From the NCBI RefSeq assembly GCF_001194135.2, contig NC_068987.1, positions 85,223,195 to 85,287,194 of the forward strand: DNA of 64,000 nucleotides, in the 5' to 3' direction. Under the pieces are notes generated by a model. The model had not been told where the DNA came from. It did no database searches and saw nothing but the letters and a program-made list of their open reading frames with translations. Position numbers and translations under genes: made by a program. Numbering within the stretch: position 1 is the stretch's first letter; the number at the start of each line of letters is the position of its first letter. This document shows, piece after piece, positions 47,231 to 60,445 of this stretch. The DNA is from Octopus bimaculoides (Eukaryota).

Positions 47231-49319
47231 TAATATATGATATATTTCTGTAGTTTTACTAAATATTTAACTTTATATCAGATGTTTTCCTTAACATTTT
47301 ATACGAAGCGCACAAGAAACTTTTTATCAGATTGTCTGTACGCCAGAAACTCTAAAAGAGTTAGAAACACTGAAGAACCAGTAGATATAACTAAGATATA
47401 TAAGAGTTACTCATAAATAATGTTAAGTATTGCAAGTGGAATACTCTTGATTTCTGATTTGGAACGAGACCAGAGAAATGGAAACAAGACGCCATAAAGT
47501 TAATTCACTGAAGCATATTTTACAACTTGTAAACTTAAAAGATGACTAGAAAAGTGACACAGGGTCACCTGCATGATAAACAATTGATAATAAAGTGGCC
47601 GATGGCAAACTTGTAGTAAGTTAATAAATTCTTATTAAGTTAACACAGTGCTGAAAACTAATTATCTAAATGATTAAATCTGGTGTGAAACGACAGAGAA
47701 GAGATGATTGGAATTTTAATCAAAATTAATTTAAAATGGAATATAATGTTAGTGATTCAGAGTTTTAACAGTATAGTGACAATTCCGAACATGTTTTAGC
47801 GTTAACTAACCTCATTAGCGAAAAATAATATAACATGACTGTTCAGCAGTACAAACTGCTCGGATGTTTTGAACTTCATAAATAATATCACGTTCTGCCG
47901 GCAGACATGTTGAAAATTCACTATTCTGATGAGGTTTGATATGATATTTGGAGAACTATACTTAGATGGCTTCTTCGTGAAAGAACAATGAATAGCATAA
48001 TAATTTGGAATGGCCACAAATATTACGGAACTGTCCCTGCTAGAAGAAAATGTAATAGCAAAGATGTATGCCGACATGTTTAGGGCGGTAAATCAAGAAA
48101 TATTATGGAATCAAAATTACAGTCACAGTGATCCGAATAGTCATTTCTAAATGCTTAACTCTAATGTAAGAAAAGAGAAAGAGGGGAGACAACCTCAACA
48201 TTTAAAATAACAAGAAATGATTTAGATTAACTACAATGAGATTTAAAACAAGAACATAAGAGTGACTTAACTAAAAACTGTAAGGCATTTTGTCCGGTAC
48301 TCTCATATTTTTGCCACTGCGCGATATCAGAAAAAGCAAAAACGAAACAAATAAATATGTACAATAAACAAATGATATTAACAACAAGAATAAGAATACC
48401 AAAACAATCAACAATGGCTGCCACCGCAAACCCATCGCAGCTGCTTCAGCGGAAACACGATAGAAACAATAACAACAACGAACAAAACACCAACAATGGC
48501 CGTCACAAGAAGAAAATGGCGACGGTTGCGACGTTTGTAAATGCAAGAAATGTTTCCTTCTTTCTTTCATTATGTATCTTGCAAATGTATTTGATCATTG
48601 CCGTTGCTGTTGTTGTTGTTGTTGCTGTTGGTGAGGTCGGAGCATTTTTCATTCCTCAGATATTGTCGTTTCATCAAACTCTCTCTCTCTCTCTCTCTCT
48701 CTCCTCCCACATCACGTTTCTGCTGCCATTCTGTTTCCGTTCGTCTTGTCATCGCATTTTGTCACGCTAGTCCTTATTGTTGATAAGACAACTCTTCCTT
48801 TCCACTTAATTCTAGCTCCTCACAACCAAACACAAGATATTCTTATTGTCTAATTCTTTTTATTCTCTAATAAGATTAGATTAAATTCCTACAGGAACCT
48901 TAGGTTAATAATATCTATATCCTTCTTTCTTTCTCTTTTTTCGCTTTCATTTTTTTAGAAGTAGTTTTTTGTTTTTTCTCCATCGCTTCCATTCATCCTT
49001 CTCTTCCTCCTTTTCGTTTCCTTCTCTGTCTTTTTCCTCTTGTTCGCTGGAACAGAATATGTTGTTGCTCTTTTGTGGCTCACACCTACACAAACATGGA
49101 GTAAAGACAAACTATACTAATAGATAAAGTGGTGCGATACGAACTTACTCCTGTCTCTCTTTTTCTTTCTTCCATTGCATCGGTCATTATCTCTCTCTCC
49201 CTTTCTGTCTGTCTGTCTGTCTCTCTCTTTCTGTATCTATCTATCTATCTATCTATCAACATTTTCAACCATCTTATTTGTTCACTGCCTCATTTCTGTT
49301 CCCCTAAACATGCATGCAG

Positions 49320-49643
49320 ACAATCCTCCCCCACATATATATATGGATACACATATGCATACATGCATACACATGCATACATTCATGCACATGTATGTAT
49401 ATACATATGTGAATACATAGACACACGTACACATACAAACATATATACATTCATACGTACATTCATACGTATATACACACATATATACATACATATTACA
49501 TGCATACATACATTCTTACACACACGCAAACACACACACATCGATACATATATTCATGCAGAAATGCATTTATACATTTATACATTTATACATCCAGAGA
49601 TTCATGTATACCTACATACATACATACATATCTACCTACCTAC

Positions 49644-49674
<31 letters not shown>

Positions 49675-49802
49675 CATAAAACATATATACATACACATAC
49701 ATACATATATACATACATACATACACACATATGTACATACATACATACATACGTACGTACGTACACACATACATACATACATACATTCATGCATACGCAC
49801 AT
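49320..49802. repeat. (TACA)n/(CA)n microsatellite field
   Basis: Directly visible. Confidence 0.9.
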
Positions 49803-49873
49803 TTAATCTTCTAGTTTGATCTCTTTATAAATGGTTTTTCATATTTCCTTATTAATCCTTTATATCTTGTTGC

Positions 49874-50007
49874 AACAATGGCGTTCCTAAGTAAATTAAC
49901 GTTTCAAGACCTCGATGCAAGTTTCTAAATGAAATGTTAATAGTGGTACATTTTAGCTGCGTTTTGTTGTTAGCAGCAAGGTTAATGGACTTAGGAACAC
50001 CATTGTT
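49874..50007. mobile_element. 134-bp MITE-like relic with 27-bp terminal inverted repeats
   Basis: aacaatggcgttcctaagtaaattaac ... gttaatggacttaggaacaccattgtt (3 mismatches); no clear TSD. Confidence 0.65.
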
Positions 50008-50814
50008 CCGAAGTCCTAAACATAAAGAACCAATAAGGAAATATCAAAACTCTCTTTCTACACGCATTTTGTAAAGATAATGAATACATTATTGAACTTT
50101 TCTCTACTACTTAGTCCAGAGCCTACGTAAATATACAGACTTCCTGCAATTTTCTTTGTCTTTTATACTTAGCATTAAGCTCTTTATCTGTGATATATAT
50201 TACACCTGACAACAAATGATTTTCTTTTCTTCTATCATTATATTCATTATAACTTGACAAAGAATAACGTGTCCGAAACGTCGAAAGTTACTCTTTTGCT
50301 TCACTGTTTAATATGTTGAATCTGCTATTATTTTTGCTGTTGCTGTTGCTGTTTCCCCACAGCTTTTCATTGTTTTCAAACCAAGGTAGACGAAAGACTT
50401 GATTTCCCGGATGTTGGACATCTCATACAAAATTGTATAACGAAACATCATTTCATACAGCATCAATTTAACGCTGAAGACTGAAGTATTCTTCTTTCCT
50501 TTTTCCTTGTTTTTGTAACAGGGGCTAATTTGAAGCGAATACGAACCCGAAAGAGGGACACAGTGCGAAGAAAAATAACGAATCATTGACTTTTTTTTAT
50601 TAATTTCGGTATCTGTTGTGATGTTGTTGTTAGTGGTAATAACGATGTGTTATTTAACAATATGTTTGGTCTTTGAAAGAATGGACCAATGGGAAAAGTT
50701 CTTTCAGCGGTACCCTTGATTTCTGATAGACTGATTGATTATTAATAGTATAGGGTCTATTGTTTCACATCTCTTTTAGCAATGTAATAGGTCTACATTT
50801 TAAGGGTACAAAAG

Positions 50815-51005
50815 GGCAGAGAGCTGGTTGAAGCAGGACAAAATGCTCAGCCGCATTTCTTCTAGCTTTACGTTAGGAGTCCAAATGCCACCGAGGTCAA
50901 CTTTGTCTTAAAATCTTTCGAGGGCCATAAGATAAGTACCAGGTTAGGACTAAGAGCGATATAATCGACTTACCCATTCCCCTCCTAATTACTAACTTTA
51001 TGCAA
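50815..51005 (+). mobile_element. SINE family B, old
   Basis: gagctggttgaagc...aggagtccaaatgccaccgaggtcaactttgtc...gataagtaccagg...gatataatcgacttacc. Confidence 0.7.
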
Positions 51006-51108
51006 AAAGTAACTATTTAAAACGAAACAACGGAAGGATTATATGAGTGGGGTCTGAGATGAGCAGTATCTTACGCATCAAATTTGAATGCAATTGTGTA
51101 ACTTTCAG

Positions 51109-51152
51109 GAAGGAAAATTACCTGTCAAGGGCTACTAACCTTACTAACATTG
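51109..51152 (+). CDS. Weak candidate 44-nt internal exon
   Basis: Acceptor aactttcAG and donor TTG|GTATGT; two frames are open (RKENYLSRATNLTNI or GRKITCQGLLTLLTL). Confidence 0.2.
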
Positions 51153-51432
51153 GTATGTTAGTACGGAGGGGAGACAGTTGTGAAATGCTACGTTCACATT
51201 TTCCCCTAAATGCATTAGTGACGCAACCAAAAATTAAAACCGGTTGTTGACATCGTGAGATGGATGCGTTTGCGAGCATTAGACTAAGAGCACTCCCCGA
51301 ACCACAGGAGGCAAGCAAAAGTATTAATTACCGTACCATGTGGATGCCGTCTGATATTATGATTATTCTGGCTCGATTATACACACGAACTGTTTCACTT
51401 TCATGGCAAGCAGCGTTTTGAAATGTAGAAAT

Positions 51433-52038
51433 CAGTAATTCTCAACCGGGGTTCATAATGACCCTTGGGGTATCATATAAAATTTTTTGGATTTAAAATT
51501 TATGTGCAATAATTTAGCAATATTTCTGCAATACACAAAATATTTTTCACAAATTTTTATACATTTCTTGTACAAATTTTGAAATGTAAAAAAGCGTCGA
51601 GCTGGTAGAAAAGTAAGCATGCCGGTCGAAGTGCTTGGCGGTGTTTCCTCCGTATTTACATTCTGTGTTCAAATTCCGCCGAGATCTACTTTGCCTTTCA
51701 TCTATTCAGGGTCGATAAATTAAGTACCAGTTGCGTACTGGGGTCGATCTAATCGACTGGTCCCCTCCCCCAAATTTTCAGGCTTTGTGCCTGGAGTAGA
51801 AAAGAATTTTCGGAATGTAATGATTCGGGAGCCCAAATAAGACTTTGTTGTTAAAATTATATACAATGAATAGGGTATATTTCTACAATACATAAAATAT
51901 TTTTTAAATACTTTCATTCAATTAAATAAATACACTAGGTTTTTGAAACACCGAATTGCTATGATGGTTACCCCCCCCCCCTGAGTAACAGAGGAATCAG
52001 AGGGGTCCGTAGGTAAAAAAAATGATTGAGAACCACCC
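51433..52038. mobile_element. Degenerate hAT (Charlie/MER5-like) MITE containing a SINE B insertion
   Basis: Left end cagtaattctcaaccggggt and right end gattgagaaccaccc approximate CAGTGGTTCTCAACC TIRs; the 8-bp TSD is only 5/8 matched. Confidence 0.5.
51593..51808 (+). mobile_element. SINE family B, full-length, tail type 1
   Basis: Head, core and ggggtcgatctaatcgactggtcccctcccccaaattttcaggctttgtgcctggagtagaaaagaat tail. Confidence 0.9.
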
Positions 52039-52084
52039 GTAAAGTTCTCGCAACAACAATTTTAACGCTGACATTTTATAATCT

Positions 52085-52175
52085 TTTATCTTTCACTTGC
52101 TTCTGTCAGTGGACTGCTGCCATGTTGGGATGACACCTTGAACGGTTTTAACAGAACAAATCGACCCAACGCTTG
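52085..52175 (-). mobile_element. SINE family A tail fragment
   Basis: ttcacttgcttctgtcagtggactgctgccatgttgggatgacaccttgaa...aaatcgaccc. Confidence 0.65.
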
Positions 52176-52186
52176 ANNNNNNNNNN

Positions 52187-52219
<33 letters not shown>

Positions 52220-52291
52220 GATGTATACATACATATATATATATATACATGTATACATACAAACATATATACACACACACACACACATACA

Positions 52292-52323
<32 letters not shown>

Positions 52324-52364
52324 CATACATACGTATGTATGTATGTATGTATGTATATGTGCGT

Positions 52365-52610
52365 CTCTCTTTGTGTTTGTGTTTGGCAACCAGTGTCGGT
52401 TTGCTTACGTCTCCGTAACTTAGCGGTTTAGGAAACAGGCCCGACAGAATAAGTTGCAGACTTGAAATTTAAAAATAAAAAACCTAAAGCACTGAGACTG
52501 AATGAGATTAATATCAATTCGCTCGAGGACAAAACCCTCTAAGGTAGTGCTCCAGCGTGACCGCACTCCAATGACTGAAAGAAATAACAAAAGATAAAAG
52601 ATAAAATGTC
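52365..52610 (+). mobile_element. SINE family A, 3' half
   Basis: caaccagtgtcggtttgcttacgtctccgtaacttagcgg...aaggtagtgctccagcgtgaccgcactccaatgactgaaag. Confidence 0.75.
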
Positions 52611-53458
52611 ATATATATTCTTCATTATCAGGATAAGAATTGGCAGAAGACCGAATCGATTCCCTGGAAAATATTTATTAGACGTGTCTTAAATGCGCGT
52701 TTGGCAGCAGAGTCAAAAGATTAAAGTGTTCAGAAGGTTATCTGAAGCAGATGGTTAAAATTCATATGTAAATTGCGCTATCTTAGTTAACGCGCTAACG
52801 CTCTTATAGTCAAAGATAATGACAGGTTACGAGGCTGTGTAACCTCATTTCTATTTGCATAAATAACCTTGTCACTAAAGGATCCTTTAACACATTGAAG
52901 AAATCTAGCATTAACTAATTCCTCAGTATTATGATGAAGAATTTCTTATTCTCATTCTTTTGTTTGATTTACTTGCAAATTCATTTATTTATCAATTTAT
53001 TTATTACTGAGATTTCAAAAGACAAAAACGAAAAAAAAAAAAAGAATAGCATTAATAAATAAAATAAGATTCAGTGATGAAAATAATCTGGAATAAAATT
53101 ATTTAAGCGCAGCCAATTTCAAAATTTGAGAGGCCAGTATGCGAATATATTAAACAGACATATCTGTTTCATTGTTGTTTTGTGGGTTTTTTTCTTTCTT
53201 TTGTCTGTTTTGTTTTCCTTACTTTTCTTGTAATAAATATTGGCTGTTTCATTGTAAATTCTCACTGAAGCATTTAATGTGACGAATTGGCAGAATTCTT
53301 CAGTTTTCTGTCTCAGAATTCTAAGGAACGTCAGAAAATTTGATAGTTTAATTCGTGTAAACAAGGAACACATTTAGATGTGAGAATTTCCTATATGTAA
53401 ATGGTATTTCTCTAGAACGCAAACATATGCGTCGCACTCGGACATATGGCAGCTATCC

Positions 53459-53502
<44 letters not shown>

Positions 53503-53829
53503 NNNNNNNNNNNNNNNNNNNNNNNNNNNNNNNNNNNNNNNNNNNNNNNNNNNNNNNNNNNNNNNNNNNNNNNNNNNNNNNNNNNNNNNNNNNNNNNNNN
53601 NNNNNNNNNNNNNNNNNNNNNNNNNNNNNNNNNNNNNNNNNNNNNNNNNNNNNNNNNNNNNNNNNNNNNNNNNNNNNNNNNNNNNNNNNNNNNNNNNNNN
53701 NNNNNNNNNNNNNNNNNNNNNNNNNNNNNNNNNNNNNNNNNNNNNNNNNNNNNNNNNNNNNNNNNNNNNNNNNNNNNNNNNNNNNNNNNNNNNNNNNNNN
53801 NNNNNNNNNNNNNNNNNNNNNNNNNNNNN

Positions 53830-53863
<34 letters not shown>

Positions 53864-53865
<2 letters not shown>

Positions 53866-54265
53866 GACGGGTTTCTTTCAGTTTCCGTCTACCAAATCTA
53901 CTCACAAGGATTTGGTCGGCTCGAGACTATAGTAGAAGATACTTGCCCAAGGTGCCACGCAGTGGGACTGAACCCAGAGCCATGTGGTTGAGAAGCAAGC
54001 TACTTACCACACAGCCACAGTGTGTGTGTATGTGTGTGTGTGCGTCTGTGTGTGTATGTTGGTCTGTCTGTGTTTGTCCCACCATCGCTTGACAACCATT
54101 GTTGATGTGTTTATGTCCCCGTAACCTGGCGGTTCGGCGAAAGAGAGCGATAGAATAAGTCCTAGGCTTACAAAGAATAAGTCCTGGGATCGATTCGTTC
54201 GACTAAAGGCGGTGTTCAAGCACGGTCGCAGTCAAATGACTGAAACAAGTAAAAGAGTAAAAGAA
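53864..54265. mobile_element. SINE family A with its 5' half inverted (53864-54018, minus) joined to a plus-strand 3' half (54020-54265)
   Basis: cgacgggtttctttcagtttccgtctacc...ccacacagccac | (TG)n-gtttgtcccaccatcgcttgacaacc...aaatgactgaaacaagtaaaagag. Confidence 0.85.
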
Positions 54266-54272
54266 TCAAAGA

Positions 54273-54307
<35 letters not shown>

Positions 54308-54922
54308 NNNNNNNNNNNNNNNNNNNNNNNNNNNNNNNNNNNNNNNNNNNNNNNNNNNNNNNNNNNNNNNNNNNNNNNNNNNNNNNNNNNNNNNNNNNNN
54401 NNNNNNNNNNNNNNNNNNNNNNNNNNNNNNNNNNNNNNNNNNNNNNNNNNNNNNNNNNNNNNNNNNNNNNNNNNNNNNNNNNNNNNNNNNNNNNNNNNNN
54501 NNNNNNNNNNNNNNNNNNNNNNNNNNNNNNNNNNNNNNNNNNNNNNNNNNNNNNNNNNNNNNNNNNNNNNNNNNNNNNNNNNNNNNNNNNNNNNNNNNNN
54601 NNNNNNNNNNNNNNNNNNNNNNNNNNNNNNNNNNNNNNNNNNNNNNNNNNNNNNNNNNNNNNNNNNNNNNNNNNNNNNNNNNNNNNNNNNNNNNNNNNNN
54701 NNNNNNNNNNNNNNNNNNNNNNNNNNNNNNNNNNNNNNNNNNNNNNNNNNNNNNNNNNNNNNNNNNNNNNNNNNNNNNNNNNNNNNNNNNNNNNNNNNNN
54801 NNNNNNNNNNNNNNNNNNNNNNNNNNNNNNNNNNNNNNNNNNNNNNNNNNNNNNNNNNNNNNNNNNNNNNNNNNNNNNNNNNNNNNNNNNNNNNNNNNNN
54901 NNNNNNNNACACATATATATAC

Positions 54923-54979
<57 letters not shown>

Positions 54980-55614
54980 CATACATACACACACATACCT
55001 ACACACTTATATAACTATGTACATATATATATTTGTATATATATGTATTATTACACACATAAACACACACACACACACACACATAGGTACATATATGCAT
55101 ACATACATACATGCATACATACAGCCACGCTTATGAACACACACATGGAGAGAGTTACTGGCGTATGAAATGAACTGGTTTATTTGTAATGCATCTCAAT
55201 TAATCTCTGTCGTGTTATATGTCTCCTCCTCCAACCACGCCACCAACACCACCACTACCACCACCACCGCTACCACCACCAACAACACCACCACCACTTC
55301 ACGCAAATCAATAACATCTATAATTAGTGTGCTCCATTAAAAATGATTGCAATTAACCAACTTAGTTTCCTATTGCTGTTCAAGCTTGATATAATTTGGA
55401 AAAATTGTAATTTAGTAATTACACAATTGCTTGCCATCGTTTCCAAGTACAAAAACCGAGAACAAATTGTGGTAAGCTGTCAAACAAGTCACCCCGATTA
55501 AAAATAATGACTTTACAGGTTTCTGCAAAAGGAAGATGGCCGATTATGTAAAACATTAAATATTGGAACCATAAATACAAAGAGATTCTCTAAAGTGGTT
55601 CTGGTGGTCTTTCA

Positions 55615-55948
55615 CTGTCTGTTTTTTTTTTTTCTGTTTTTTTTTTTCTTAATTCCTTTTTTTCCTTCATTCGATCATTCTTGCTGCCTTAGATTTTGTC
55701 CTTCTTTTCCTTTCGATTTCACTTTTTATTTCTTCCTTCTCTTTGTTTGTTTGTTTGTTTGTTTGTTTCTTTCTTTCTTTCCTTTCATCGTTTCCTTTTA
55801 CCTTTCCATTTCTTCCTTCCTTCTTTCCTGTCTTTCTTTCTTTCTTTCTTTCTTTCTTTTTTCCTCCCTTTTCTTTCTCTTTTTCTTTTTCCGTTTCTTT
55901 CCTTCCTCTTATTCTTCTCTCTCTCTCTCTCTGTATATATATATATAT
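55615..55948. repeat. Polypyrimidine (CTTT/CCTT/GTTT)n tract
   Basis: Directly visible. Confidence 0.9.
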
Positions 55949-56861
55949 NNNNNNNNNNNNNNNNNNNNNNNNNNNNNNNNNNNNNNNNNNNNNNNNNNNN
56001 NNNNNNNNNNNNNNNNNNNNNNNNNNNNNNNNNNNNNNNNNNNNNNNNNNNNNNNNNNNNNNNNNNNNNNNNNNNNNNNNNNNNNNNNNNNNNNNNNNNN
56101 NNNNNNNNNNNNNNNNNNNNNNNNNNNNNNNNNNNNNNNNNNNNNNNNNNNNNNNNNNNNNNNNNNNNNNNNNNNNNNNNNNNNNNNNNNNNNNNNNNNN
56201 NNNNNNNNNNNNNNNNNNNNNNNNNNNNNNNNNNNNNNNNNNNNNNNNNNNNNNNNNNNNNNNNNNNNNNNNNNNNNNNNNNNNNNNNNNNNNNNNNNNN
56301 NNNNNNNNNNNNNNNNNNNNNNNNNNNNNNNNNNNNNNNNNNNNNNNNNNNNNNNNNNNNNNNNNNNNNNNNNNNNNNNNNNNNNNNNNNNNNNNNNNNN
56401 NNNNNNNNNNNNNNNNNNNNNNNNNNNNNNNNNNNNNNNNNNNNNNNNNNNNNNNNNNNNNNNNNNNNNNNNNNNNNNNNNNNNNNNNNNNNNNNNNNNN
56501 NNNNNNNNNNNNNNNNNNNNNNNNNNNNNNNNNNNNNNNNNNNNNNNNNNNNNNNNNNNNNNNNNNNNNNNNNNNNNNNNNNNNNNNNNNNNNNNNNNNN
56601 NNNNNNNNNNNNNNNNNNNNNNNNNTATAATGTGGTTCTCGATATAAGAAAATACATGAAGGCCACGGTTAGAACACCTTTAACATTTTGTTAAGTTACA
56701 CGTATCCTGGGCTAATTTTCCGAACGTTTTTGTTTTTTATATCTTTTATTTGTTTCAGTTATAGATCGGCGATCATACTGGAGCACCACTTTGAAGATAT
56801 CTAGGATTATCGAAAAACTTTAAACTATATAAGAAATTCTACAACATAAGGATGAATAAAA

Positions 56862-56897
56862 GGTTAACGTTTCGGATACAAACACTTCGTCAGAAAG
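56862..56897 (-). ncRNA. Degenerate minimal hammerhead-like motif
   Basis: Minus strand UU-CUGACGA-A-GUGUUUGUAUCC-GAAA-CG-UU-AA: both core boxes intact; stems I and II eroded. Confidence 0.4.
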
Positions 56898-56917
56898 ATA
56901 TATATATATATATATAC

Positions 56918-56952
<35 letters not shown>

Positions 56953-57279
56953 TAGATATAGAAAAAATGATGTAAAAGAGAAAGAGATGTAGAGAAAGAA
57001 TGAGATGTGACTAATGTCTGTATATTAGTGTGTAGGTAGATAAAGTGATAAATTGGAAAGTGCGAGAGTGTATCAAAATTAAGGTCCATGGGCTAAACAA
57101 CGAGAACTACATAATTCATTGGTAGTGTTTGTTTTTTCGCTTTCGTTTTTAATTTTCTTGTGTTTCATTAATTCTTCGCACCCCACCCCACCCCATCCAC
57201 ACACAAAACGCGTCTTTCATGCCATTGGCAACCAATCGTGATGGTGTTTGACATGACTGATCAAGATTAGATGACAAAA

Positions 57280-57280
<1 letters not shown>

Positions 57281-57353
<73 letters not shown>

Positions 57354-57610
57354 TATTATTATTCAGTAGTTTTATTTTTATAACGTGCTTTCACTTCACT
57401 ACCGAGCGCAGCTCTGTGCGCCTTGGGTATGTGCTGTGGTTTGCTGTGGTGCTCTTATGTTTACTGTATTGAAAGTGTTTTGCGTAGAATGTGTGCAGTA
57501 CCCAGTAGTGCAATTTTCTGTATGTTATATATATTTGTAAGTCCTGGTATTTTTGTTATGTATTTGTCTGAATATTTTTTTATTATACCTAAGGCACCTA
57601 CTATGATTAT
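57281..57610 (-). mobile_element. Second 5'-truncated R4/Dong-clade LINE fragment in a (TAA)n tract
   Basis: Minus-strand translation IIVGALGIIKKYSDKYITKIPGLTNIYNIQKIALLGTAHILRKTLSIQ* (stop 57461-57463), then a 3'UTR and a long (TAA)n tail; (TAA)n is also at the 5' junction. Confidence 0.88.
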
Positions 57611-57914
57611 TATTATCATTATTATTATCATAATAATAATGATAATGTTGATAATAATAATAATAATTATTATTATTATTATTATTATTATTATTGTTTA
57701 TTGTTGTTATTCTTTTCTTTACATTTCTTCTTCTTCTTTCTTCCTCCTCCTCCTCCTCCTCCTCATCATCATCATCATCATCATTACAACCACTGTCATC
57801 ATCTTATTTATCATCGTCATCGTCGTCCTCCTCTTCCTCCTCCTCATCGTCATCATCATTGCTGTTCGAAATTAAACGCAGGTTGACTATAGATAAAGAA
57901 CTAAGATGGCCGAC

Positions 57915-57916
<2 letters not shown>

Positions 57917-57973
<57 letters not shown>

Positions 57974-58110
57974 GAGAAATCAAAGAGGAAAAGTACTACG
58001 AAAGAAAAGGAATGGAGAAAGACGAACAGAAAGGAAAGAAGAAGGAAAGAGGGGAAGGAAGGAAGGAAGGAAGGAAAAAGAAAAAAAAAGAAAGAAAGAA
58101 AGAAAGAAAG
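57917..58110. repeat. (GAAA)n/(GGAA)n polypurine tract
   Basis: Directly visible. Confidence 0.9.
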
Positions 58111-58239
58111 TATAAAGAGGGAGCGGGTGTATAACAAGAAGCACAGCAATAACTGAAAGAAGGATTGCAAGTCCAAACATGAACAAGAACACAACGAATG
58201 AGTAATACAACATCCGCAGAGATAAACAATCTGTGTCTT

Positions 58240-59325
<1,086 letters not shown>

Positions 59326-59391
59326 CGTCGCCTTTAACAGAGACTGTCATGTATTCCTATGTTGTTCGCATTTAATAACGAAACAAATTGA

Positions 59392-59633
59392 GTGGAAGGA
59401 AGAGAAGAATACTTGAATATGAGGAAAATAATGGAATAAACATTTGGAAAGAATGTGAGAAGGAATGAGTAAGGGAAGGATAGAGAGGAGGGAAAGAGGA
59501 CGGGAAGGAAGGAAGGAAGGAAGGCTGAACGAAAGAAAGGAATGGAAGGAAGAAAGGGAGGACGAAAGAAAGGAAGGTGGAGATGAAGGAAGGAAGGAAG
59601 AGAGGCCGGACGGAAGAAAGTAAGAGAAAAGGA

Positions 59634-59689
<56 letters not shown>

Positions 59690-59761
59690 AATAAAGAAAG
59701 AAGGAAGGGAGGAAGGAAGGAAAGAAAGAAAGCAAAGAAGAAAGGAAGTAAGACATAGGAG

Positions 59762-59792
<31 letters not shown>

Positions 59793-59904
59793 TGAAAGAG
59801 AGGAAAGAAGAAAGGAAGAAAGGAAGAAAGAAAGAAAGAGACAGAGAAAGAAGGAAGGAAGGAAGGAATGAAAGTAAAGAAGAAAGGAAGTAAGACTAGG
59901 AGGA

Positions 59905-59944
<40 letters not shown>

Positions 59945-60312
59945 AATAATGAAAGAGGGGAAAGAAGAAAGGAAGAAAGGAAGAAAGAGGGGAAAGAAAG
60001 ATAGAAAGAAAAAGGTAGCTAGAGATAATGAGAGATACAAAGGAAAGAAGGAAAGACAGAGGAACGAAAGACAAAAACAGAAGAAAACGACAAAGAGAAA
60101 GAAGGCAAGGAAGACAGGAAGGACGAAACAAAGAAGCGAAGAGAGAAAAGTAGGAATATGGATGAAAGAAAGAAAAAAAGAGCGAATGAAGGAAGACGGG
60201 AAAAAAGAAAGGAAGGTAGGAAGGTTAGAAGGAAGAAGAATGAATGAAAGTGAAAAGAAAATCATACAACGAAAGAGTGACAGAATGAAAAATGGAGCTG
60301 AGGGAATGACAG

Positions 60313-60390
<78 letters not shown>

Positions 60391-60445
60391 GAGAGAAGGG
60401 GTGTAGAGAGAGAGAGAGAATGAAAAACAATGAGAAAATGCAGAG
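59392..60445. repeat. About 1-kb polypurine (GAAA/GGAA)n tract
   Basis: Almost entirely A/G on the plus strand. Confidence 0.92.

Noticed and set aside
48227-48770. Hydrophobic ORFs on both strands (MAATANPSQLLQRK..., MGLRWQPLLIVLVF...)
   Set aside because: Explained by the AAC/GTT-rich low-complexity composition; no consistent splice structure.
50370-50490. Acceptor ccccacAG followed by AFHCFQTKVDERLDFPDVGHLIQNC...
   Set aside because: Phase-compatible with the 32737 donor, but short, with no homology and an ambiguous donor; insufficient support.
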